Of a DNA stretch of 64,000 nt, positions 13,301 through 26,811 are shown piece by piece (position 1 is the stretch's first letter; the number at the start of each line of letters is the position of its first letter). The notes under the pieces were generated by a model, which was given only the letters and a program-made list of their open reading frames with translations, was not told the origin of the DNA and searched no databases. The position numbers and the translations under genes were made by a program. The stretch covers positions 11,842,001 to 11,906,000 of the forward strand of contig NC_081333.1 in NCBI RefSeq assembly GCF_022539665.2. Reading direction: 5' to 3'. The stretch is from Daphnia carinata. Lineage: Eukaryota.

Positions 13301-16300
13301 GATTGACAGCCAGAGGTCGACAATCGGACCACCCGCAAAAACAAACAAAATACACATCAGCTGTTGGTATCAAAATACCTGAACATATATATACTTTCTC
13401 TGCTGTATTGAATCATCTATTTGAATAAAGCCCCGAAACGCTATCGACATAAACTTTGCCGGTCTCAGCAGGCCGCATAATCCGCCATCATCAGCCGAAC
13501 AAAAACAAGCGTCCAGGGTCTATACGTAATGACGATGATTTTGATATCGAAAACAAAATAGCTGATTGACGAGCTAGTCTACGATATAAATCTATCGCCG
13601 ATAGTTTCACGTGTATAAACAAACAGGCAGCCACTCCTGTTGTGTTTATCGCCAGGACGATGTGGCGGCGGGACCTTTCAACCTGGGCGGTAAAAATGCG
13701 CCTGCAACCAGCACGCGCACGCTAACCTCGAATTATCGTGTACACCATCCACTTCATTTGTCCAGCAAAAAAAATCTGTACAGCGCTACAGCCTACATAT
13801 CGTGTGTAAGTTTTTTTGTTTTTAGTTTCTGCTGGAATGCTGGAGAGAAAAAGTCCGCGGCGAGTAATTAGAGAAATTTCTTTCGGCTGTCGAAAGGTGC
13901 GTTAAAGCATAGCGATAAGTTAATAAGGCTTAAGGTATGCACCTGTCGACGAAGAAGAATGGTGTTCTTTTTTTTTTTTTTTTTCTTTTTTCAAAACGCA
14001 AAAAAGAGAATCTTTTGTACGTGAGAAATGTAAAGCCCGTTACAGTTGCGTGCTTAACCGTAATGACTGTTCATTAGAAGCGACCCGCAGAAGCTTAAAG
14101 GCCAACAATTTTGCCCTTTTTATTTTACGCTGTTCGCGGACCACGTCGAACAAATGAGTGCGGGCACAAAAGGGACGTGCTATTGCGGACGCGTTATAAA
14201 TAACACTTTAAGCTTTTGCTCTCTCTCTTTTTATCTGTACCTCTTGGTTCGCCGACATTTCAGAAAATAGTTCAGTAGATAAAAATCGCAATTGAGAATG
14301 ACCACGTTCTTCTTGGGAGCCTCTCGTGCATGTCCTATCAAGTCGATGATCTAGACGATTATGAGCTGAATTTGGGATGCCATGAATTTGACCCTCTAGC
14401 CATGAGTAAAAGCAAGTTAAAAGTAAAATATCGTCATCTTTCAGGTTTGAACGGTGCGAAGTATAGAGATGGACGTTTTGAGTGCGAACGTTATTTGGTT
14501 TACGACCTGATTGCAACACTTTTTAGGATGGCTAAATATCTAAACGGCGTAGTACGGAGAAAAAGAAAAAGGGCTTTTATATATTTTTTTTAGTTTGATC
14601 ACCTCCCATTTCCATGTGCCCTCGTATTCTAATTTCTGTTGTTCAACGTATAGTGCGCTCTAAGCGTGTGTTCCAAATGGATTCACGCAGTAGAGAGAAA
14701 GGGAGCCAAAGGTAGAATTTTTGAAAAGACCAAAGTTGCACATTTGTATAGGACTAATGAACGCCGAAATGTTGCAGGTAATTTTATAGTCCGTCTTCAA
14801 TTATTTTACAGCAACGTGTTATAATTAGGAATTGTAACTGAGTGTCAGGCGTGTACGTACCCGCCGGTGTCGGCAAAAAAATAACGCGCAATCATTCCTC
14901 CCCCTTTTTTTTTTTTTTTTTTTTTAACTATTGTTAATAAGCAATGTCTCACTTTGTTAAAAGTCATAATTGTATCATGTAAAATCTACAAAGATTGAGC
15001 TCGGCACAATCATCAAGCTCCTCTTTATCTCTGTCTGTGCAAATAGACGTTCAGTATCTCACGCTGGCCTGTTTTCCATGGGTCGGTGATTTCAATTTGT
15101 CAGAACATTTGTGCCCATTTCTTTTTCTTTTTTTCGTTATGATAAAAAAAATGTTAGAAAAATTATTCTTTCTTTAATGACACACAAGTCAGCCGTTCAA
15201 AACATTGGAGCCGACAATGGCTCCTATGTCTGTTTAGATGTTAACTGTGCGGACATGTTTACCTAAAACTTTGACGGGAATGAGAGCCCAGCGATACTAA
15301 AAAGAAATAAAGAAGGAGGAAAAGCTAAAGAATGTTGCACACGACCGTGAGATAAAAGATTATTGCCAAGCTGGAAACTCGAAAAAAAAAATTTGGCCAG
15401 ACCCGACTGCACCGGACAACGAGGGTGGGCCGCGTATTAGACGAAAATAGAATAGCTGGACAATTAACTAAGTACACGCACAATGCAAACACAGAGTGCA
15501 CTGAGTATCAGTTCTATAAAGCAATAATTACAACAGAAAAAATTCTTTGAATGCTGAATACACGCGTTACCTTGTAGCGTCCAAGTTGCGTGGAGTGAAG
15601 CTTTTATTGTTCAAAAAAAAAAAAATGAAAGAATAAAGCAACGTTTTCAAAACGAAGTAAACAGGAAGCTTGTTACGGTCAAGGCGTGTGGCCACTAGAA
15701 GCAGACCAGCTCAATAAAAAAAAAGCCGAGTCAAAAGAAGATAAAATGCTAGGAAACAAAACGTCCAAGAATAGAATGAAAAAAAAAAAAGGAACTTGAG
15801 AAAACGAGTGACAGAAGGTAAACAAAACGATTTCACACAAACACGCACCGGAAAAAGGTTGAGCTGTTCTTAGAAAGAAAAAAAAAACAGAACACGACAA
15901 GTTTATTCGGCTAGACAGCGGAGAGGAGGGGGGCATTTCAGTCAATTGAGGCTCAGTCGATTGAGTTATGCCATAATACGTTACGTCATAATAGGATTAT
16001 CATGCCTTTCGATTGTGGCCGCGTTTGATCGAAGGCACTGCATTCAGAATTGGGATAGCTCGAAAAACATCATTTGATTCGTGTTTTGGAAAAAGATATT
16101 GACGCGTGGCTATTTGCGTTTATAGCGAGCCATTTGAGAACTCGATGGGAAAACATTTCTTTTCCTTATTCTTTTATATTTACCATTTTTTTTGTAGATT
16201 TTAAATTAATAACCCTATCAACAAATCTATATTTTCTAGCCGCGGATTTCCTTTCTTTTTTTTTTTTCAATGCAGTTGATTATGAAATTGCTTTGTTCCG

Positions 16301-19300
16301 GCATTTGAAATTGATTTTTAGAGGTTTCATTGGCTCTACCTTATTACCACGAAGTTCACATTTTTTGAAAATATGGATTGCAATCAAGCGGAAATAAAGC
16401 GGGAAAAAAAACTCTACTTAGCGACAGAATATTTTGAACGAGTTTACGCAATCATACGACCGGGTTGTTGTTGAAATAGGTAAGTCTTGCGGGGTGGGCC
16501 AGCGCGGGCGGCTCAAATTCCATTCCATCAAACAACCCGACGTCTCATCAGCAGCGATGGGTCTAATTTACGATCCTGTCGGACTGCGCTCATTTCTCCA
16601 TCCAACGTTTCTTTTTTTTTAATGCTACCTACACTCTACTACCCCCTGAAAGATGCCTGAAAAAAAAAGGAAAACATTCTAATTTCTTTCCCATTTTTTT
16701 TTTTAAATTTTACGTCTCAGTTCTGTAAGGGGAGGAAAGAAATGACCCTGGAACTTTTAGAAAGAAAACGAAGGCTCTTTTTCGGCATCTCCGGGGGTCT
16801 TGCATAAAGACCCTGTGAAGAGATGTCGAGTTTTTGCTGGCACTATACGTATACTGCTGTTGCTGTGCACAGCTTACTGAAGTTGGTTAATAGGATCCGC
16901 TTTAATTAAGAAGCTCTAGGGATATATTTTTTTCCCCCAAGTATTCTCTATACACCTATAAAGATCCGTTTATCACGCTGTGGAGCTCCCGGACGAAAGG
17001 ATTCCTTAAAAAAAAAGAAACTAAATACGAAGAATCAAAAGACAAAGAGGAAAAAAAAACCGAAACATTCTTCCTTGGAAAATGTTTTTAGTGATAATCA
17101 CTTCGAGGCGGTTGAATCAGAAAGATGATGAATGAAAAAAAAAAACGAAAAAAAAGAAGAGGTTCACACATGAATCAAAGAATCAGGTGACCAACAGAGC
17201 GAGTATACCGTTGGCTGCACAGTTGCGTGAGTCAAGGCGTACGTGGAATACAGGAAAGCAACAACTGTACGCGTAGACTTACGTCAGTGCGGGATGCTAC
17301 GTGAGCTATGACCGAGGGGAAAACGAAAAACAATTGCCATCACCCCACACTGAAAACGATTTCTCACTGAAGGCAGAAAGAGAAACGAATGGCCGAGAAT
17401 AAAAGAAAACAAATGTGAAACCATTTTGTCCTCATTGTATTCCATTTTTCAAAAACAGCACAACGTCTCTCTGCTCCAGCCATTTTTTAATTGTTATTAC
17501 ATTTATTAATCAATGGAATTATTATCGCCGTATGATTAAATAATCAAATTGAAAAAAAAAAAAAAAAAAAGGAATGCAACTGAAATGTTTGGTATCGTTT
17601 GTGTCCTGGAGATGGGCATTTGTTTTTTGTTTCAAAACGAACGGCTCCAGGGCGATGGAGTACATGAACGGCTTGGGAAAAAAAAAAAATTTCTGGTTTA
17701 TTTTCTGCTGCTCTTGCTGGGAATACGTAATAAAATTAAACAAAAAAAAAATAGAAATGGGACAAGAAAAAAAAAAATATGGAAACCTGAGGGGTAATTA
17801 TTTCACCGTCTTTTCTAAGAAAAATCCTGGGGAACAAAAAAAAAAGGAAAACAAATGGAGAGAAATTGGGAAAAAGAAGACTAAGCATATGCTGTTTATG
17901 CTGTCTAACTTTTGTGAATAGACATGAAACATTTATTACGTTCTTCGTACGGGGCAGTTGCCAATCATTTTTTGCTTTTTTTTTTGGTTTTACGTTGAAA
18001 CAGCCGTCACCGTGAAATGCGGTGGTGTGTTACCGTTGGCTGTCGTTCACCACTGGTTTCTTCTGCCCGTGAATAAAAGGCGGCACTTTGGGATAATAAT
18101 AAAAAAAAGAGAAAAAAAACTTGTCTTATTTAAAAAAAAAAAAAAAGAAAACATACGATACGCAAAATAAAACAAGTTTTCGCCATCCTCCCGGGGAAAG
18201 GGGGAATCTCTCTACTTTCGTGGTGCTAATTAAAGGGTCTGAAAAAAAAAGAATTAAAAATTCAAGAGAAATGACTGGCATATTAAATGAGTTGTTCGGA
18301 CAGCATATATCGTACTGTGCACAACAAGCGTATTATAATGATTATAATAAAAAAAAAAATAAATAAAACAGTGTGTTATGAAAAAGAAATGAAAAACTAT
18401 ATGTTAGATATTTAAAAGAATGAAATAAAAGACGACGTACGCGCACCTGCTCACCGGCCTCAGTATAATCATCTGCCTACAGAAGAGCGTTACGTCCATT
18501 TATAGCAACAATGTGAAAAGCTAAGACAGCAAAAAAAAAAAAAAATACGGAAGGTGGAGGACAAAAAAAGAATAAAAACAGGTTACGTACAATTCACGAA
18601 ACATTTGGTGCTGTGTGTCCTCTTTATCTATACCTGGAAGAAAAAAAAAAAAAGAAAAATCTGAACATTAATTTCAAAGAAGATTTTCATCGCAGTTCGT
18701 TGCACCAGAACCCGCAAAAAATGTGCGAGATGTGTAAGTTAATAAATTGAGACTTTGCGTCCCTCAATAACGGCTGTGTTATTCGGCTAGATCTCCTTTT
18801 TCGGCTCGTCGAAATGCTTCTTTCTTTATTGAGTTATGTGACTAATTTCAAACGTAAAACGAAAACCTACAAGCTCTACATCTAACGCACTCCGGCCAAC
18901 GGCGGACGGTCTCATCCATCATTTTCCTGTCCATACGAGAAAGAACAGAAAAAAAAAAAAAAGAAAACATCACAGTAAAAGATTTTGGACGATGAATGTT
19001 TCATTCTTCTGCTGTGGGGATGCTTCTTGGGCCTCTTTTGTAGTTTACAATTCCCGCGTGAAACGCTTGCGTGTTATTGTTCGAGCCTTCTTTTTTGTTC
19101 TTTCACCTCTCGTCGTGATTCATGTCCGATATTTCCTGTCAGCCCTCCAGAGTCCAGTTATATTTTCGTTAGTTCTCTTTCTATATTGGCTTAAATATAC
19201 ACCTGCTTTTTGCAGATACACAGACATTTATTTCAACTGGGAAGCCTTGACTTTCCATTTTCTTTGGCCGATGAAATGTGTTTGTGTTACACACTTCGTT

Positions 19301-21517
19301 TATTTCCCGTACAGGTTGAGAGGGAAAGCACCAATGGCTGGGCTAATAGTAGAATAATAAAAAAAAAAAAATTAAATACAAAATAGTAATAAAAAAAAAA
19401 AAAAGAGCTTCATTAGTGACGCAATTGAACCTGTAACGCGGTCAGGCGGTGGCAAAATGTCCTCCCGCTTCTAAAATTTGAAATAAATACAAGTATTTTT
19501 TTTTACTGTAAACTATAGACGCATTTCACACGCTGCGAACTGCGACTCGATCGCAGGACATTAGTTTTATATCCTTTTCCTACAATTTTTTTGTTTTGTT
19601 TTTTCTATCGAAGGGAAAAACTATTAAAATAAACAAAGTACATACCTTCCAACCCTTTGTCGATGATGCGCGTTCAGGTGCGAAATCTGAAAATAAAAAA
19701 AACATTTTCGTCGCACGCACGGCGGACGCCGATAGGTCCGTGGCTGGTTGATCTATTGTGCGTAGTGATGGCAGCGTATAATTCTGATGCAACGCACCTT
19801 TTAATGGCCTAATAACACGAACCTATATAACCAATGAAATGAATGGAAAATGCACCGAAGCCAATTCATTCTGGATTTCATTTTCCATCGCCAATTTTGA
19901 GGGTCGAGGACGCAAGTTTTCGTTCCACTGCGCGGTACAATGTCGGTCATTTCTCCGGTAACCGCGATTCGCTTCCTAATTGCTATTCAGAACCCCATGT
20001 TAAAAAAAAATATTTAATAATAAAAAAAAAAAAAAAAAAAGAAAAGAATAAAGGCATGAATTGCGGAGTCAAGGATACGATCGGAATGTTTCGTTTCCCC
20101 AACTTGTCTTTGGAGGGATGAAAAACAGTGCCAAACAAGTTTTGATGTGCGTGCGTGAGTATCTCTGCTTTTTGCGGCCAAAAAGAAATCAAGTGGGCGT
20201 GTTTCACGCGGAACGCGAAGAAAGAAACTCTTTGTGGTGCTCGCATAAATGATGGCAGCGAGGAGAAAGAGCCTGCGATCGGAAATGATAAATGGAATAA
20301 AATCCTTAAAGCGATTTGAGTCGTTGAGTTCGTTTCCGAGAAAAAAGTATGTCGATGGAAACAAACGGAATGAATTAGCGATTTTTTTTTACAGGCAAAT
20401 TGCCCACGACCCATCGGCACGAAACCGTTGGCAAAATTAGAAACCAACAGGTTTTTTTTTGTTGTTGTTAAACACACTTAGAGATCGGATTAAAGTGTGA
20501 TAGATTCACAATATGCAAAATACGTAACCCGAAAGACAACTAGACGGATCCCGTTTGTTTCACTTACAATTAACAGATTCCGGGCACTACTGCAGACCGT
20601 GAGGAGGGTTTGAAAACAACGAAAACGAGAAGAACAAACTCGAAAATGACTGTGGGCTTCATTCTTCTTTAACGTTTTCCACAAATTTTTTGGGGAAAAA
20701 CGTTCAAACGTGCTGTGTGGTCTTTCTTGTTTTTGTTTTGTCCAGTGGCTAAATGTCTAGTCGCCTCGTACCTGATACGTGTAGACACTCATCAGCGTTA
20801 GCAAAAGAAGGAGAAAAAGATCAGAGGTGGAGGGCAATGGAGACGGGTCTATGTGAGGTAGCCAGTTCACCCCGCCCTTTCGTGTTATGACTTTGTAGAC
20901 GAGCAGTATTTTCTCTGGGACGATAAAAAGAAAAGAAATGTTTAACACGGCAACGGTCGAATTCTAAATAGATATCATTTTTGCTTTGTTTCGTTGGAAA
21001 AACAACGAAAAAGCTAGTCATAAATGGACGAAGCAATCACGCAAATCGTTCCTCAACTTCCGAGGGGAGCCATTCTCCGCTGTGTGTTTGTGTGTGTGTG
21101 TGGTTGTGTTCGACTAAATACGAGTTGAATAATTTAGGCATTTTATTTTTATTGAGGTGGAAAGAAAAAAAAAAACAAGAAACAAGAGCAAAATTGTAAT
21201 AATTGCTCAGTTAAGCAAATAACATCCAGATTTGGGTATTTCTCTTTTTTTTTTTGTTTGGTTTAAAACATAGAAGCCACATGTGTTATAAATTACAATC
21301 ATTTCTTTTTTGACTAGAAAATAAATTGGAGACGTGGGGGGAATCAAGCCAAAACAGGCGGAGTTGATTGCGTGAATAATAATAACAGTTTTAATGGATC
21401 ATTTTTTTTTTTGAAAAAAAAAAAAAAAGAATACCTCCCCCTCACCATTTGCGAAAAGAACCATCGTTCATGTTGACTCTTACTCATCAGCATCCCAGTA
21501 ATTTCAATTCTAACGGG

Positions 21518-22321
21518 TCAGTGATGCTTGACCAGTTCGTGGAGGGCGTTGATGTAGGTCTGGGCCATCTGGAGTGTTTCGAATTTCGAAAGCTTGCGGT
21601 CGCTACCCAAAGAGGGTACGACCTCGCGCAATTTCTCGAAGGCATCGTTGAGACTGTTCATGCGTCGACGTTCTCGGGCGTTGGCCGCTGTCCGTCTCTT
21701 CTTCATGACTTCGACGGGGGGAGGAGTAGTGGAAGTGGCCCCTCCGTTATTGCCCTCACCTCCGCCGACTGATCTTTTGCTCCGTGAACTGCTGGATTGT
21801 TGTTGGGCGTTGACTGCTGTTTTTTTGGAACTCTTCCTGCGGCCAGTTGGGGCCACGCCGGGCTCGACTTTGACGCACGGGGATTCCACGGTGGCCGCAA
21901 CCTCAGGTCGCGGTGGCTTCCACGATTCGTGATCGGATAGCGGTCGAACAGCTTCGGATAGTTGCTGGATTGAGCATTTGGCTGCGTCCACACGTTCGTC
22001 GAACGCGGACGCCCCGTTGATTGAATGGTTGCGAACGATGGTCAGCTGAGCGAAATTTGATGAACCGCTTGAATAGCCGCGAGGTGAATCACCTCCAGCG
22101 TCGGTATTGACGCAATCAGAAATGGCGATGGATGCGTGAGACAGTGGGAACGATTGATGGATAACTGATGCAGGCGTACGGTAGATATTCTCTTCGCCCA
22201 TGTATCCACAACTGGGTAAATTAGGTGTACTGTAATAAGGCAGTTCGTCTGACAGCAGAAAATGTGCACTTTCGCCAGGTAGGACGGCTTCATCTCCCGG
22301 ATAAAACAAACGCTCAGACAT
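21518..22321 (-). CDS. amos: Atonal-family proneural bHLH transcription factor, 267 aa, single exon; bHLH most like amos/cato-type atonal proteins
   Basis: C-terminal b[74 protein letters not shown] and VVPSLG match Drosophila amos; [11 protein letters not shown] is cato-like. Family assignment is secure; the exact orthologue (amos vs ato vs cato) is not. Confidence 0.93.
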   Translation of the reverse strand: MSERLFYPGDEAVLPGESAHFLLSDELPYYSTPNLPSCGYMGEENIYRTPASVIHQSFPLSHASIAISDCVNTDAGGDSPRGYSSGSSNFAQLTIVRNHSINGASAFDERVDAAKCSIQQLSEAVRPLSDHESWKPPRPEVAATVESPCVKVEPGVAPTGRRKSSKKTAVNAQQQSSSSRSKRSVGGGEGNNGGATSTTPPPVEVMKKRRTAANARERRRMNSLNDAFEKLREVVPSLGSDRKLSKFETLQMAQTYINALHELVKHH

Positions 22322-25300
22322 TTCCCGTCCAAATTGTCAAAAGAACCAAACCAAATTTTGTTTTTAAGATAACGACGGACACTAGGCGAAGCAAATGTTG
22401 GCGCACGGGAGAAAAAAAAAACAAACTGCCAAAATCAGGGGAGCTGTTTTTTGCGACAATCCGTCCGGTAGTAGAGTCCACCATAAAGTCCGACTAGTTG
22501 GAGCATTGACACCTGGGCTAACGTTGTATGCCCAGCGTATAGATATAATAACGAACCAAAATTGAAAAAAAAAAACAAAAAAAAACACTCTTTATTTTTC
22601 TCTTCCTCATTTCCTCCGTTGAAGAGCCGCCCTGTTTTTTTTTTGTTTCGTTTTTGCTTACCTTTTCGCTGTAAGACGTTTTTAGAAAATTTCGAAAATA
22701 AAAAATAGCAAGAAGCGCTACCAGCAGCACATGGACGCCCCCTTTTGTCCCCTCCACTACCGATTGCTCAGCTGAGACAAGGTCTAGTCACGTGATTCGG
22801 TCACTGGCCAACCGTGCACCTTGAAAGAAGAAGCAAAAAAAAGACACGAAAGAACAGGTCCCACATTCTCTCTCCGCCTATACAATTCGGAAACGATCCG
22901 CGGCCGCCAACGAGACGGTTAACGATCCGCAATAATTGTTGGCATTCCGTTTTTCAACGCTATTTGTTTTTTTGTTTGTTTTTTTTTTGCGTTCCTTCGC
23001 TTCTTCCCCGTTTGACTACGAAACAAAATTTCTCTTGTTTTGATCACGCAAAAAAATGCTGTTGGCTTCCCCCCTTTTGTTTTGCGCGTCGCCCAACGCT
23101 ATCCTCCGCCCAATGCTGGAAGACGCTTACGGAAGCCACTGACCTGATTGAGCTTCAACCATGGATACAGGGAACCTCTTCTTATGTTTTTCTTTTTTCC
23201 CATTTTTTATTTTTGGCTTTTGTTTTGGTCATTTCGGTTCCTCGTTTTTTTTTTTCCTTTCCCAGTGTTTTAAAAACCATCCACCGAAGTATATAATACG
23301 ATATAGGAAAAGAAAACTCATTCGACTGTGGAAGCACACACACGCACACACACACGGGTGTGTGTGTGTTATAGGAAAAAAAGGGGAGGTCTGGATTGTT
23401 TTTTTTTTTTTTCTTTTCACCGAGGATGTCCTTCTAACTATATAGGGTGGCTTGAGGTGATATCGAATCCCACGCGTTTTGTTGTGGGCTCCGCCTCTTC
23501 GACGGGAAAATGCTATATGATTTTGAATCTGGATTTTTTAGTTGTTTTTTTTTTTCTTTTTCATGGTTGTTGTTGTTGTTTCTCTCGTTTCCTCCTCTCT
23601 TTCGGTGGCGATGGGAGGGAAAGGTTTTCTTTTTTATCCTTCATAGTGTGTATTATTGTTTTGTTTTTTCCTCCTTCAAGGTGGGGCCGTTCCACTTTGG
23701 AATTACTTGCGGTTTTCTGTTTTTTTTTTTTTTATTATTCGGGATTTTAATCTTTGGCTATATAGCGAGTTGGGTGAACCTAACTGAAACAGGGTGTATA
23801 TGTTTAATAGATAAGAATCAAACACCATTACCGTCATGATATGTTGGTTTAATGGCGGGAACCTTTTTCTTTTTAAACATGGCCAGCAATTATCAAACGT
23901 GTCCAGCTTTTATTATTCTACTATGCTGTGCATAACTCACAGCGAATCTTGTCTCAAATGTCAAATTGAAGAAGATTAAAAACACACGACTGTTATGTAT
24001 GCATATATTTTTGTGGGGACAGAGACAGCATTGGTGTCTTAGTAAAATAGCATTGCGTCCGGAGCACAACAGGGAACGAATGGATGTTACATGGTCAGGC
24101 AAAAAGGAAGAAAGATCAGGGCTAAAGACCTTCTTCTTTGACGAGGCTGTTTTGATATTATGAATTGGCTTTTTAGATCGTTTCGTTTCGGCTTTTCTTC
24201 CTTTTTTTATTATTTTTTTTTTTTTGCTTGATGATGCTGACTCAAAGAATCTCATTCTGTCAGATTCTTGCATGCATATTTCGCCTCTATTATTAAGTAC
24301 ATAATGAGAGAGAGAGAGAAGGAAGGGACCATCTGCCGTTTTTAAGTGCTGGAGGAAACACCGGTTGTGTTTGCATTTGTATAGTAGATTCATTTCTTTC
24401 GTCACTGGGGCTGGTTGTTAGGCAAAACACACGACCTGTGCCTGCTGCCAAAGTCCAGAAGCAAGTTTGCAGGCTAAATATTTGTTTATAAAATAATAAA
24501 TTTTTTCGTTTTTTTTTTTTGCTACAAATAATTTAGCGTCACTTTGCCGCTAGATGGTCATCGCTCTCTTTGCTACTTTGTGTGTCATCCATCAAACAAG
24601 CCCGAAACTGGTCCACCTCTTTTTTATTTTGGAAAATTTCCATCATCCAATTACCCGCCTATGTGGAGCTGAGGAATAGAGAACCTAAATTGATAAAAAG
24701 ACGTGTATAGAAGTCTAGGACTCGTGCTCTCTCACGAAAAGAAAACAAAATTTGACAAACAACGACGTTTAAGCTATTAAATCACGTTTTTTTAAATATG
24801 CGAGGCTTCCCTTTTTAGGCTATTTGCAGTCAGGTAGCTACACGGACAGAAGCCAACAAGTGCCGTAAGTGGAAACTCTTGGGTGCTCGTTATTAAAGCT
24901 ATTTACGATGTTAAGTAGTGCAGCGTGAGTAAGTTGTACGTGCCCCACGTCCATCTGCGATACGCATTATGGTGATTACATATTGTGTGTTGCAGGGTGA
25001 CATTTCTGAACGATACGAAACGTTTTCTTTCTACCTACCTGTCTGCCTCTACAAGTCAAACAGGTGTGTATTCTAATTCACATCAGTTGAATATTCATTG
25101 TCCTTTTATTCGCTGATTACTTGTTCTTTATATTGACGCATCTAAGCACTCAATGAAAAGACAATGTCTCCTGCTGTACATTCAAGTCTAACGTCACATC
25201 CGACCGAATTTTTAGCTGAAACAAAGACATGGTTGTAAATGACTGTATGAAAATAGACCCGAAAGCACGATGGCACGCTGTATGAAACTAAAGAGGAAAA

Positions 25301-26784
25301 CAGTTGCAGTTGGGGACAAAATTTTATTGAGATTTGCGAACCTTGACGTAAGTTTGATTGAGGAAACGTTTCGCTCAATCGATGAAGCCGCAGAACTTAT
25401 CTACTTGCACTGTTGTAATCATGTCCGCGTGTGTTCCACACAAATCCAATAACCAAAGAAAAGGAACTGGTGACCAAACAGGATGATACGCTCCGAGGAT
25501 ATTGAGTACAATCGACTCATGCGGTTGGAGCTTCTTCAACGGCACATCGAAAAATTGTGATTATGTTTTGCCACCCAAGGACGATTGAATCATAGTCCCG
25601 GCCAACCGTTTTGTGGTCTACTGCCATCTTCTTTTGTCTGTCGCTTATGACTTGACTCTTTATCACAACTGTACCTGCAAACTCATCAACATACTTTTCA
25701 TCCTTCTAGCCGGCCAAGTAGGATTGTGGTCGTGGATATTGTCCGCATGGAATCGAATCAAAATTACCGCGGTACCGTACGCAATACCGAATCTGATGAG
25801 CATCTTTGATTCGAATGCAAGCGACCACCCAAGGACGGTTGAGTAATGCCATTGCCACACTGTGTAGAAATACCAAGATGTAAACTCGTCACGAACAAGA
25901 GCTTTGGTTTTTACCGTACAAAGGCGGATGAGCGGACAAAGCGGATAATCCGGGATCATCCCCGGAATGTGTATCGACTTTAATCCTCCACGTATGTTTT
26001 AATTTTTATTTCTGATTTTAGTTATTGGTATAAAACATCATTTTTCGTTACGCGCATGTTTTCGCTTTTTGTTTTCTTTTCTTCCAACGACATTTGAGCC
26101 ATGGAATGTCGTTGTAATCACGCAGATCCCACTATTTAACGCCTCAAAAGCGCAACGTGAATGCGTGCGTGCTATACTGTGCCGGAGCAATGTCCTTCCC
26201 GTTTCGATGCGTCTCATTAACCATTGCATTTCAAACTGCCGATACAAAGTTTGTGCCCGTGCAAAAAAAAAAAAAAACTAGCGCCATTCCATTAAGGAAA
26301 AAAAACGGCAACACAAATCGGTTAAGTCCATTGCCATTGTCCTTTTTAATTTTTTCCCTGCATAAATAGCACCGTTTTAGTTTTTGTTAGTAATTTCTTT
26401 TAAGAAAAGATTTGAAACTTTTACCCTTACTCGTACATGACTTTCTTTCTTATCCAAACCGCTGAATGGATAATATTTACGACATATGTTGAATAATATG
26501 AATGCCTTGTTTCATCTACCTGTGTACCTTTTCTTTGTTTTCCCATCTTTTTACAAAACCTTGTGATGTTTATCGAAAACACAATGTCTTACTTGCGATG
26601 AAGCGCATCCCTTCTGCTCGACAATGTACGTTTCACTCACGAAAAACTTTGAGTGGCTTTCATAAAACCTGCTTTTCATGATATTCATCCATGCTGATAT
26701 ACGAACATATTGAAAACGTAACGTCTTTCAAACCTCATGGTACTACCTAGTTTTCTTCATCTGCAGTCATAATTGGGAGCCATA

Positions 26785-26811
26785 AAGGTACATTATGCCA
26801 TAATGTACCTT
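26785..26811. repeat. Perfect 13-bp inverted repeat with 1-nt spacer
   Basis: AAGGTACATTATG-C-CATAATGTACCTT. Confidence 0.9.

Noticed and set aside
12900..13373. 157-aa minus-strand ORF and an overlapping open plus frame
   Set aside because: Non-ATG start, runs through poly-T tracts, no recognisable motif or exon structure.
21449..21993. ORFs overlapping the bHLH gene on the other strand or in other frames
   Set aside because: Shadow ORFs of a GC-rich coding exon.
23335..23369. (CA)n-GG-(TG)n fold-back as a possible miRNA hairpin
   Set aside because: Inverted microsatellite; too short and low in complexity.
22814..24405. Several 100-170 aa Phe/Lys-rich ORFs
   Set aside because: Low-complexity poly-A/T translations; not protein-like.
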